DNA of 63,046 bases, counting the filler, from Squatina squatina (Eukaryota), in assembly GCA_031763465.1 (NCBI GenBank). It is 4 parts of 4 records of this genome, joined end to end, with 100 filler letters (N's around TTAATTAATTAA, not from the genome) between each part and the next. Parts side by side here need not be neighbours in the genome. Positions count along the whole stretch, not along the records: positions 1 to 19,075 come from JARFOE010000203.1; 3 more parts are not named here. The stretch is one strand, 5' to 3'. Under the pieces are notes generated by a model. It saw nothing but the letters and a program-made list of their open reading frames with translations, was not told where the DNA came from and made no database searches. This document shows positions 1-10,510 of this stretch, one piece after another. Position 1 is the stretch's first letter. Each line of letters opens with the position of its first letter. Made by a program: the position numbers and the translations under genes.

Positions 1-530
1 CCTCCACATCCTCCACCTCCCTAAACTTCTCCTTGGAGATGGCGATGTGCTTAAAGAAATTCACCTCTTCCCGTTTGCGTGGCCTATCATTCTCATCGTC
101 ATCTTCCTCCTCCTCATCCTCCTCATCATACCTCTCCTGAGTTTTACTTGCAATTAATTTGCTCCTGTATTTGGAATCATCGTCGTATCCATATTCCTTT
201 TGGTTCTTGGCCGGGTAGTCCTTGTCGTGCTCCTCCACCTCTTCTTCATCGTAACCAAATTTGTGACGCATCTCTGCTTTCGAGATTTTTTCAAACTCCT
301 CGGCAACTCCGCCTTTGAATCGTTTCGGGGATTGGCTGCAACGGCTGCCTTTCTCTGGGATGTTTTTCACGTGGAACTCCGTTTTCACCACACTGCAAGC
401 AGAAAGCCTATCGTAAGCACTGGCCTGGTCTCCCCCTTTCTCTTTTTCTAAATCTGTTCCTTTCTGCTCCTTTTCTCTTCCATTCACCCTATCCTGCATT
501 AACATTTCAGCTTTCTGCTCCTCTGCAAAC
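1..530 (-). CDS. THRAP3: THRAP3 internal exon (runs off the window edge)
   Basis: Minus-strand acceptor ttttttttgttggaccacag|G at 530. The phase-2 join to the upstream exon reads KR|FAEEQKAE...SQSPKRFKGGVAEEFEK...YDDDSKYRSKLIA, matching recalled human THRAP3 KR|YLEEQKTE...SQSPKRY...DFEK...FDDEPKFMSKVIG. The frame is open to position 1. Confidence 0.88.
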
Positions 531-2327
531 CTGTGGTCCAACAAAAAAAAACACACAAGAAAAGAAATGCAAGACATTACACAATTAGGGGTCTGTCCTT
601 AAACAAACGAGATGATTGAGCAAGGGTCCATCTCAAAGATCTTGTTTCCATCCAAGGCTAGGACTCAAATGAGGAGTCCATTCGGGTACTTTTTTTAAAT
701 TGAGAAGCTTAGGTAAAAGACCAAAGCCCAAATTGCAAGGCGCTAAGGTCGAAAAAAAGCAAGGAAGATGTGGCGGCGATTAGGTCGCAGAAAGCTTGCA
801 TTTTAAAAGGGAGGAAGGAAGGATCAGAAGAAAAGACTGAGGGGATGCAAGGTGTTCCACAGTTTGGAGGTCTTGAGCTGGACTACAAAACTGTGATGAG
901 TCTTAATTTTAGTCAGATTGTTCATGTTCAATACTCAGGAGTCCAACACTAGATTCAATGAGGCGCTGCAGTGAAGAATGTCCTGTCCCGAATTCTACTA
1001 GTTGGGGAACAATATAGGGCATACGAAATAACAGATCAGCACTGTGCTCTTATTGGAATGTCACAATCCAATAACTAGGACAAGGGATCTCTCCATGTAT
1101 CACTCCCAGTCACTTAACACAGCTGTGAAACTCCTTTATACAAGTTTCCACAGAAGGAAACAGGGGAGAAAAGGTGAGGGGTAAAATCCTCCATTAAGCA
1201 TTGTGTATTTTGCAGGAGAGCAAAAACTTCTGAGACAGTCCCAAACACAGGGAGGAAATTTTAACCAAACATGCCACAAGGAATGGACACCAATGGTTAT
1301 TAGATAACTGAAAGAGCATTCCAGCATCAGTCTAATCAAAACCTATGGGGTNNNNNNNNNNNNNNNNNNNNNNNNNNNNNNNNNNNNNNNNNNNNNNNNN
1401 NNNNNNNNNNNNNNNNNNNNNNNNNNNNNNNNNNNNNNNNNNNNNNNNNNNNNNNNNNNNNNNNNNNNNNNNNNNNNNNNNNNNNNNNNNNNNNNNNNNN
1501 NNNNNNNNNNNNNNNNNNNNNNNNNNNNNNNNNNNNNNNNNNNNNNNNNNNNNNNNNNNNNNNNNNNNNNNNNNNNNNNNNNNNNNNNNNNNNNNNNNNN
1601 NNNNNNNNNNNNNNNNNNNNNNNNNNNNNNNNNNNNNNNNNNNNNNNNNNNNNNNNNNNNNNNNNNNNNNNNNNNNNNNNNNNNNNNNNNNNNNNNNNNN
1701 NNNNNNNNNNNNNNNNNNNNNNNNNNNNNNNNNNNNNNNNNNNNNNNNNNNNNNNNNNNNNNNNNNNNNNNNNNNNNNNNNNNNNNNNNNNNNNNNNNNN
1801 NNNNGGTAAATCTGAAGAAAAAATGCACTTCTTTATTCAAAGAGCAGATCTCTCTTATCAGGCAGAGTCAAAACTGAAATGAATGGAAAGGGCAAAGCAA
1901 TCCATGGAACAACCTTGCCCTTTTCAGGATTGCTCTTGAGTGCGTGTGTATTGACATAGTCCCTACGTGCATGGTAAGTACTGCTTATATTCGTTACAAG
2001 TGCAGCTTGTTAAAATCATGCTGTATGACCTCTGAGATTCATCAAAGCCAGACCCTTAGCTGTCCATCCATTTCACTAAGTCACTGTTTTACCCTTGCAA
2101 AATTTTCTCAAAGGTTCAGAGTCTTCTGGAAGAAATGTTTTGTCAAACCTTTTCAGAAACCGCTGATATTCGAGTAAAAATCGCGAATTGGAAGTGTTGA
2201 AATTGATGTTGTGAGCTACCAACCAAACTACATGCTGCAACGAAGGCCTTCACACAAGGCCGGCTACTTCCAGGTAAACAAAAAACGGAAAAGAAAAGAA
2301 TTCAATACTGACCTTTTCGGAACATAC

Positions 2328-3293
2328 CTCTTTAGATATGAAGAGATAGTCGGGACCGACTGCTCTGCAAACAAGCCCGACATTCCCGGCCGTGTTTCCT
2401 CTTTCTGCGCATTGCCCTGTGCCAGGCCTGCCAATGGCGGGCTGTGGTTGGCTGGGGCTTGACGCGGCACGCTGCGAATTGTAGAGCTGAGCGGCGGGGG
2501 ACTCTGGTGAGAGGCGTTGGGCCTGGTTGGGCTGCGGCCCTGGGGGCTCATTTGCGAGGGGCTCCCGTGTGGCGAAGCGTGGCGGGCCGCTCCCGACAGT
2601 GAGGGACTTTGTTGGCTCGGGCTGGAATGCAACGCCGGACTGGTCTTCAGTACCACGGTAGAACGCGGGGCCGGGCTGGGATGCTTGGGGCTGGTGTCGT
2701 AGGCGGTCAGGCCTTTCCACGAGTCGCTGCGTTTGGGGGCCAGGCCGGTGGGGGTCTCCGAGCTGCCGTTGCCGGCCTGCCCGTCCTCGGGGGACCGTTT
2801 CTGCTGGTCTTCCGTCTCCTGGCCGGGCGGCTGAGAGGCAGCCGCCTCTTTCTGGGACGACTTGGTCTTCTTGCTCCGCCGCTTTGGGGAGGCTGAGCGG
2901 CTGCGGTGAGGCGAGGAGCGAGATCTGGAGGATGACGACCTTCCCGACCTGCTGGACGATGACTTGTCAGTGTACCTGGAGCGGCTCCTGGACCTCGGTG
3001 ATGCCGATCTCCGCTTGGGCGAGCGAGAGCGCGAGCGGCCCCGCCGCGGGCTGTAAGTTGAACGGTAGTTGTGCCAGTTAGGCCGGTAATTGCCGTAATG
3101 GTTGTAATTGCCGTAGTTGCCGTAACCTCCGCGGTTGTTCCAATTGCCCCTCGGATAATAGCCTCGCCCTCGGCGCTGGATGAAGGGCCGCCTGTAGCCC
3201 CGATGCCCTCTAAACTCCCGAGGCTGGTACTCCCGCGGGTAGTTCCGTTCCCGGTTATGAGTCGGAGAATAGGACCTGGAACGAGACCTGGGG
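2328..3293 (-). CDS. THRAP3: THRAP3 large RS-domain exon (966 nt, phase 2-2)
   Basis: Acceptor ttgtttctctttttcag at 3294 and donor AG|gtatgt at 2327. Translation [34 protein letters not shown]...[17 protein letters not shown] matches the THRAP3/BCLAF1 N-terminus and is closer to THRAP3. OSCP1 nearby is syntenic with THRAP3 in human. Confidence 0.9.
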
Positions 3294-3444
3294 CTGAAAA
3301 AGAGAAACAAATAGAATTAGAAATCACACTAGGATGGGTTAAAGCGTCATATCAATGAAATGTGGGTTGGTTTTGTTTTTATTGGTGCTGGATACAAGTT
3401 GCATCACGGCCTTTCATTTTATCATTTAACAGGTGGATGCTGTA

Positions 3445-3750
3445 ATAACTACTGGCATTTATATAGCGCCCCAAGGAGCTTCACAGATGCAAAATTGGAC
3501 ACCAAGCCAGGGGAGGAGACATTAGGACAGGGGACCAAACGGTTGGTCAAAGAGGTAGGTTTTAAACAGAGACTTAGAGGAGAGAGGTAGAAATGTGGAG
3601 ATGTTTAGAGACGAAATTTCAGAGCTTAGGGTCTAGAAGACATCTGAAGACATGGCCAGCAACCGAGGAATGAGTAAAATCAGGGATGCTTAGGTGGAGG
3701 ACCGTAGAGATCTCAGAGGGTTGTAGGGCTGGAGGAGGTTACAGCGATAT
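3445..3750 (-). mobile_element. L2-clade LINE 3' end, decayed
   Basis: The minus strand encodes YRCNLLQPYNPLRSLRSS. Same family as 5685-6050 and 38824-39196. Confidence 0.75.
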
Positions 3751-4027
3751 TGTGTGATTTTTGCTGTCTCCTCCCTCTCAGCAATGATATTCAATCGCCT
3801 AAAATAGGGTTGGAGAGAAATTTTCAGTAACCCACCCCCAACATTCCCTCTAATATTTTTTTGGGTCGTGCAGCCCATTAAAAATCCGCAGTGGCGGTTT
3901 TTGCATTTAAAAGCGGGCTCACCGGCTNNNNNNNNNNNNNNNNNNNNNNNNNNNNNNNNNNNNNNNNNNNNNNNNNNNNNNNNNNNNNNNNNNNNNNNNN
4001 NNNNNNNNNNNNNNNNNNNNNNNNNNN

Positions 4028-4724
4028 AACCGCTGCTTAAGCACACCATTGATCTGCACTACAATGCTCCTTGTCGCTGCATGGCTCTCATTCTACACCT
4101 GCTGGGCTGGACTGTTGGGGTTTCGAAGGGGAGTCATTCGCCAGGTTTGCAAGGGATAGCCCTTGTCCCCCAGGTACCTCCTCACGTACAGCAAGAGGAA
4201 TTGGTCCACTGCCAGAACAGTCCCAAGAGGGACTTTGAAGATCTGAGACCTAAAAAGGCCTTCCTATACTGCTGTCATATTCAGAGTGTGAAAGGATGAT
4301 TTTAAACTGCTGCATCAGCAGCAACCACTACTCGTAACCATTCAACAATGTAACGGCGCTTCCGAAGATGAGTGCAAAACTTAACCTTTGAATAATGGCG
4401 CCGCATCCGGGGGGCTGACTGTGCAATGACAGCTCCTTGTGTCATTGCTAACACCAGGTGCCATCACCGTTTCTGGATCCCAATTCCCTGCTGGGTTGCT
4501 CAGGGGGCGGCGCTCACGGTGACGATGTCTCTGTCACCGTGCGCCGCTGAGATTGTCGCCGTGCTCTGCCGCGGAGGCGCATCCTGCCGGCGCCTCCACT
4601 AAACCGTCCCAGAACACAGCGCCATCCGGCTGGAGCGCTGCCGGCTGGCAAAACCAGCTGGGCGGCCTGGGAGCGTGTCCTGGAGGTGCTACCCAGGCGA
4701 GCCGCTGCACTGAAGTTCGCGCCC
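4028..4724 (-). mobile_element. PIF/Harbinger DNA transposon remnant with HARBI1-like DDE transposase fragment
   Basis: 4176-4028 (minus) translates [48 protein letters not shown], the Harbinger GDxGY...WLMTP...YN..H..TR..(I/V)E...G.LK.RF block, here with an internal stop and the catalytic Glu lost. A GC-rich terminal region begins GGGCGCGAA at 4724. Confidence 0.85.
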
Positions 4725-4800
4725 TCAGTGTTAACTCAGCCCACTTTTGGAGGGATTGAAGAAATGCATGTGTGAAAGCCACGGATATCCAGTTCAGGTC

Positions 4801-4885
4801 ACCATTGGCAGCTGTGCTTTCACTGCCTTGGCCCGACTGTCTGAAATCGCCTCCCTAAACCACTCCGCCTCTCCCTCCACTTTTC
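4801..4885 (+). mobile_element. L2 LINE 3' fragment
   Basis: accattggcagctgtgctttc...ctccctaaaccactccgcctctcc is similar to the TIGGRAFS...NSLPKPL part of the other L2 copies. Confidence 0.55.
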
Positions 4886-5460
4886 AAAAACCTATCTTTT
4901 TAACCAACGATGGGAGATGAGAGAGATGGAGAGGGGAGAGGAGACACCCTCCATGGTTGTGTGTCCATATCCTTATATCTAGCTCTATTTGTGAAACACC
5001 ATGGGATGTATTATCCTTTAAAGGCGCTTTATAAATAGGGATTGTTATTGTCAGTGTTCTGGCTCCTGACTCTATTCCATTCAGATGTGAGGGAGAAGCT
5101 ATGCTGAACATAACCTGACGAGACTTTGCGGTATTGCCAAAGCATGGAGTACCCATTTTTACTGGGTACAACTGGTCTGTTATAGCAACAAACAGTGGGA
5201 CAGTGTCTGAAAGTGGCTGTCTCATGCTTTGTGAAGTCTGGGTGACAGCTGGGGATGGAGAGGTCATTGCTCAAAGTCAGCCGAAGTATAACATTTCAAT
5301 GTTTAGTGACTGTAACTGGAGTGGTTTGTTTAGCTTGCTGCATGAAGGTGTGAAATCTTTGGGAACGCTGCAGAGACGATTTCAGCAAATATTTTCCACT
5401 CGCTCGGTTGCCATTGGTTTTTTAAATAGCGGCAGACAATGCAGTGTTCCTTCCTGTCCC

Positions 5461-5473
5461 GTTACTTAGCAAC
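5461..5473. promoter_or_regulatory. Candidate RFX X-box
   Basis: GTTACTTAGCAAC fits GTNRC-N(0-3)-RGYAAC. A second half-site, GTTGCC, lies at 5407. Confidence 0.3.
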
Positions 5474-5684
5474 AGCGACAGGGGGAATGCAGCAGGATTT
5501 TCCTGCCCATGTGTGCAGTGCAGGCCGCAGGACAAGGTGCGCTCTCTGTCTCTATGCTTTATTCAAGTATAAATTTATAAAATGATCCTGGATTGCTCAA
5601 GTGATTCAAAAGGCTGGAACAATCCACTGCTTAAATCTCCTGCTCCAAACTGTGCAAACTGCAGCTTAAAACTGACTAACACAA

Positions 5685-6050
5685 CTCTCCAATCCACATC
5701 CCTCCACGGCCTCACCCCTCCTTATCGTTGTAATATCCTCCAATCCTCCTCCCACTCTGTGCTCCTCCAGCTCGAGCCTCTTGTGGATTGCCCACTTCCT
5801 TCGCTCCACCATTGGTGGCCGTGCCTTCAGCTGGGCCCTGAACACTGGAAGTCCCTTCCTAAATCTCTCTGCTCTCCTGCTCTTAAAGCTCTCCTACTCT
5901 ATTCTCCTCCTTTAAGACGCTCCTTAAAACCTACATCTTTGACCAAGCTTTTGGTCACCTGTCCTAATATCTTCTTCCTTGGCACATTATCAAGTTATTG
6001 TTTGAAGTGGTCCCATGAAGCGTTTTGGGATCTTTTACTGTGTTAAAGCT
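5685..6050 (+). mobile_element. L2-clade LINE 3' end
   Basis: Encodes SLHGLTPPYRCNILQ and contains the accattggtggccgtgccttcagc...tttaagacgctccttaaaacctac...tttgaccaagcttttggtcacc tail shared with the other copies. Confidence 0.8.
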
Positions 6051-6669
6051 CCCTACGCATTCAGCTCATGAAATTACACAGTGTGGAGACAGTAGAGACG
6101 ACCCAATTTGAGTCTGTGNNNNNNNNNNNNNNNNNNNNNNNNNNNNNNNNNNNNNNNNNNNNNNNNNNNNNNNNNNNNNNNNNNNNNNNNNNNNNNNNNN
6201 NNNNNNNNNNNNNNNNNNACTCATGATCGTAAATTATAACGTGCACCACAGCACGAAGAACAATGCGCATTGAGTGCTGTGCACTGAGATGGTGCCACTC
6301 ACTCAATCTGCTTGATATGTGAGGGAGTAATTGATGCAACTGCAGTAAGGCTATGGCTCGAACTAGGGTTACCATAATGAGAAATTCTGTTCAAGACGAT
6401 CTTTGAAGAACTTTAAAAGATTTATTCAACATCTGCTGGTCCTAATGGCCTACATTGGGCTTCTTGGAAGTTACTTCATATTTATGAAAAATGTTTTTTT
6501 TACATTAGTTCCTGTTGCCTAATGATGTCTCTCGGCTTCATTCAGTCACGGAAACCAAGTTAAAAATTCATGAATTGCAGCCTGCTGCCATCGAAACTGA
6601 TAAAATATTCAATGTTAATGAATCTTGCANNNNNNNNNNTAACTTGAGTGGTGAGAAGAGAAGCCAAAG

Positions 6670-6800
6670 TTATTGCAATCTCTTCACGTCTTGTCAACTC
6701 CAAGTTAAGCTTTAAGACCCATGTCAGCTCCATCACTAAGACTGACTTCTTCCAGCCCTTCCTCATCCTCAGTGCTGCAGAAGCCCTTATTCATGTCATC
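6670..6800 (+). mobile_element. L2 reverse-transcriptase C-terminal fragment, decayed
   Basis: Translates approximately NSKLSFKTHVSSITKT...AAEALIH, resembling the L2 ORF2 pattern LSF..HI..ITKTA...AE.LIHAF. Confidence 0.5.
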
Positions 6801-7216
6801 ACCACCTTGAGGACCAAATGATCTCCTCGATAGACTTTACATCTCCACCCTTCATAAGATTGAAATCTTTTCAGGGCTTCACTCTCCCGCAACTGGGAAA
6901 TCTCCTCCCTACAGTCCAGTCCACCCCCTCCATCTGACTCTGTATTACTGTCATTCTCCAATCCCTCACTGAGCGCCATCTTTTAATCACTGTGCCCCAC
7001 CTGTTGGAATTTTGTTCCAATCCACTTAGACTTACTACCTTATTTCCTGCCCTCAAAAACCTCTCTTTAATTGTGCCTTCAACCTTTCACCTCAAATTCC
7101 TTCACATTATTTCTTTNNNNNNNNNNNNNNNNNNNNNNNNNNNNNNNNNNNNNNNNNNNNNNNNNNNNNNNNNNNNNNNNNNNNNNNNNNNNNNNNNNNN
7201 NNNNNNNNNNNNNNNN

Positions 7217-7395
7217 CCTAGTGTGAGTGACAGACCTGAACCCACCAGTACTGCATCCCAGTGTTAGTGACAGACATTTACCCACCAGTAGTGTATCCCA
7301 GTGTTAGTGACAGACCTGTTCCCTACAATACTGTACCCCAGTATTATACAGTGGCAGACCTGTACCCACCAATACACTACCCCAGTGTTATACAG
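7217..7395 (+). repeat. Minisatellite with a ~39-43 bp unit (cccagtgtta(tac)agtgacagacctgtacccaccagtactgta), about 4 copies next to a gap
   Basis: Directly visible tandem repetition. Confidence 0.85.
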
Positions 7396-7914
7396 CTTAA
7401 AATGCTGTCTCCAAACATAATTTATGAATCCCCAGTTGGTTTCCACAGTTCAAGTGGATATAGGATGACAATTGCACCCACCGCAACATTGCAAAATCCT
7501 AGCGAAGCGCAGAGTGAACTGGCCTGCTGCTGTAAAGAGGGACCAGAAGGGAAATAAGGGCTTGCCTGGATTACATCCTTACTCTGACTCCTATGAGATT
7601 TGCTCGTGCTCACAATCGGCCATTCTATCCTTTCAAGTCTATCAGCTGTCACCGTCACTGACCTTCAACTGTTCTGCTCACCACCCGAGATCTGTGCAGC
7701 TGCCATACCAACACTGGGAATGGGGGAGGGGGCAGCTCAAAGCTCTGGGGTCTGTTCCCTCCAGCTTCTGGAAAGATTTATAAAGTGCTAACGCTGCGCT
7801 TTCACCATTTATCANNNNNNNNNNNNNNNNNNNNNNNNNNNNNNNNNNNNNNNNNNNNNNNNNNNNNNNNNNNNNNNNNNNNNNNNNNNNNNNNNNNNNN
7901 NNNNNNNNNNNNNN

Positions 7915-8727
7915 CACTCACGTACCAATAATCTCCATCAATCAGGACTCATATCTAACATTCAGATGCTTCACCTCACCCTCACCCTCACATGGTTAAC
8001 ACTGTTGCAAACCTCACAACCACATCTCACAGCTTGCACACATTGTCAGCTATTCAACCATGACAGCCACACATCACCCAAATAGATTGCACGGCACTCA
8101 CTGACACACTTTCCTCTCTCTTGCAGGAGAAGGTGGCGCACAACCGGAGGCAGCAGGAACTAACCAGAGTGGGAGAGATACGCCTGCATGTTCTAACACC
8201 CATGAAAGAGACGGTGCTGGCCATTTGGGAAGGGCCATTGCTGAAATCATTGAAGATAACGATATCCCCATACTTAATCCTCCTTCTCACATCCGACTTC
8301 TCCCTCACCTCTAACTCTCTTCTAACTTAAAAGCTGCAAATGGTGTAAGCATGCAATTCTTACCTTCTCCTCTCTTCACACCATAACCCAAATCTTGTTG
8401 CTTGTCTGTTTCAGATATCCAAGAACTGTAACTTGCCCAGTCAATGGATAAGGAGCAGGAAGACAGTGAAAATGAAGATGCACCGTAACTCGATTTCAAA
8501 GACGCAGCCACCAATGCAGATACTGACACTGCACATAATTTAGAGGATAGCATAGATGTGGGATCTGCACATGATGAGAACTGGGCACAAGTGCAATACA
8601 GCCACGGAAGGAGGAAAATACACCACAGGTGTCGGCTTGCCAGAAGGCTAGGTTGTACACAAGTTCTGCTTTAGAGGACTCAGATGAGAATTTTGGTGGG
8701 CCAAGCTACAGATGAAGGCTGATGGGC
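7915..8727 (+). mobile_element. Harbinger ORF2 (Myb/SANT-like DNA-binding protein) remnant with introns
   Basis: ttgcag|GAG at 8127 gives EKVAHNRRQQELTRVGEIRLHVLTPMKETVLAI (K.AHN....TGGG.....L...EE.VL pattern). A second acceptor, tttcag|ATA at 8415, is followed by an acidic stretch. The layout matches 41781-43502. Confidence 0.7.
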
Positions 8728-9138
8728 NNNNNNNNNNNNNNNNNNNNNNNNNNNNNNNNNNNNNNNNNNNNNNNNNNNNNNNNNNNNNNNNNNNNNNNNN
8801 NNNNNNNNNNNNNNNNNNNNNNNNNNNACNNNNNNNNNNNNNNNNNNNNNNNNNNNNNNNNNNNNNNNNNNNNNNNNNNNNNNNNNNNNNNNNNNNNNNN
8901 NNNNNNNNNNNNNNNNNNNNNNNNNNNNNNNNNNNNNNNNNNNNNNNNNNNNNNNNNNNNNATAATTATAATTGACATACTCCAGCTGAACTAACTCAAG
9001 ACAGACATGGGATTGAAACCTTGATGTTAGTCCTGTTGTTCAGTTCTACCCTGGGCCGCCCCTTGACCTACAGGCCAACATAAGGGATGCTTATGAATTA
9101 TTAATTAAATTATATATAACTCTTTCTGCTTTTTTCAG

Positions 9139-9293
9139 TAATGAATGACATCATCAGTACTATGTTTAATAAGAAGTTCATGGAGGAACTGTTCAAATCT
9201 CAGGAACTGTATTCTAAGAAAGCCCTAAGAACCGTGTTCGATCGACTGGCTCACGCCTCCATCATGAGACTGAATCAGGCTAGCATGGACAAG
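9139..9293 (+). CDS. OSCP1: OSCP1 exon (VMNDIISTMFNKKFMEELF...NQASMDK)
   Basis: tttttcag| ... AAG|gtgaat, 155 nt. Near-identical to recalled human VLNDIISTMFNRKFMEELFKPQELYSKKALRT. Confidence 0.95.
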
Positions 9294-9998
9294 GTGAATG
9301 AATCACTCCAGTGTAATTGCTATTGTTTAATCCTTTCAGTAATATGGGAGCATTTTGGGTTCAAAGAAACATAAATACAGATTCTGGTTTTATTCAGAAA
9401 ATAATATGAATACAAAAGTGGTTTGTGGTCACATCTACCATTCCTGATCTGAGCCAAGCTGTTGGGAGCAGCCACTCTTCTCAACCATGCCTTTTTGGAT
9501 GCTCCGACCTTAAACAACACCATGGAAAGAAACAGCAGCGACAGGCAATGCTCTCAATCTTTAGAAATTCACACTTCCAGCTCGAGTACAGCCCCGACTC
9601 CATCCTTTCGCATATTGCAGGTTAAAAGATGTGGGGGCAGCCAGTTATAGCCAAAGCTAGCTGGTTTCCCACAGAGCATGCAAAAACCAAAGGGAGGGCC
9701 CTCACTGTTTACATACTCTAGGGCACCTCTTCGCAGCTGGTTCAGAGTGTATGGATAGCTTGCTTCCCCTCAGCAAGTTAGATATGTTGGAAGAATCAAA
9801 GGTCTAGGGTGACTCTCAAGGGAAGGGAACGGTGAAGCGAGGAAGTTTTAGGGTCACAACTCGGGTGGGGGAGGAGGAGAGGCGGGAGGAGAAGAGGAGG
9901 AAAGAATTCTGATGTGAATCCTGGTTGCAGAAAAGAATATTGTTTGTTTAACCCTGTGTGCATTAGGTATCTATTATTTGTTTCCATATATTCCCTAG

Positions 9999-10166
9999 CT
10001 CTATGACCTGATGACGATGGCATTCAAGTACCAAGTGCTGCTCTGTCCACGGCCTAAGGACATCTTATTGGTCACTTTCAATCATATGGATGCAGTCAAG
10101 GAATTTATACGTGACTCTCCAAGCATTCTCAACCAGGTAGATGAGACATTCCGACAGCTGATCGAG
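9999..10166 (+). CDS. OSCP1: OSCP1 exon (LYDLMTMAFKYQVLLCPRPKD...RQLIE)
   Basis: ttccctag| ... GAG|gtgggt, 168 nt, in frame with the flanking exons. Confidence 0.95.
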
Positions 10167-10364
10167 GTGGGTGTTGTCTTCACTCGATTCTAAGTTTCCA
10201 TATAACTAAGGCAAAAGTTGGATCAAAGGGCAATTCAGTCTTGCATTTGAACAAGAAAGTTGTGCAACATTGGGTTGCAGGCATCGTTCGGTGAACTACC
10301 TGACAGGAGTTACTGAGACAGATGGTGGAAGGGACTGTTTCTTGGACAGGTTCCTTTGTCTGAC

Positions 10365-10510
10365 AACAGGAGGGAGCCTGAGCAGAGGGGTCAAGGGCGG
10401 GTTTTTTGCAAAGGTGGGTAATGACAGCCGATTTGAAAAGGGAGGGGACAGTAGCTGAGAAGAGGGAACCGTTTACAATATCAGCTAGCATGGGGGCCAG
10501 GAAGGGACGT
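10365..10510 (-). mobile_element. L2 ORF2 fragment in an OSCP1 intron
   Basis: The minus strand encodes PFLAPMLADIVNGSLFSATVPSLFKSAVITHLCKKPALDPS, typical of the N-terminal part of L2 RT (IVN.SL..G.VP..FK.A.I.P.LKKP.LDP). Confidence 0.8.

Noticed and set aside
2211-3358. Multiple overlapping ORFs over the THRAP3 exon, and likewise over SOX10 (51183-52035) and ZFR (34433-34829)
   Set aside because: These are shadow frames of GC-rich or trinucleotide-repeat coding sequence, with no independent start, splice or homology support.
4884-5469. Three overlapping 81-127 aa ORFs beside the X-box
   Set aside because: No recognisable homology, and my attempts to extend them through plausible starts or splice sites hit stops.
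8828-8829. Isolated AC inside an N run
   Set aside because: Assembly artefact.
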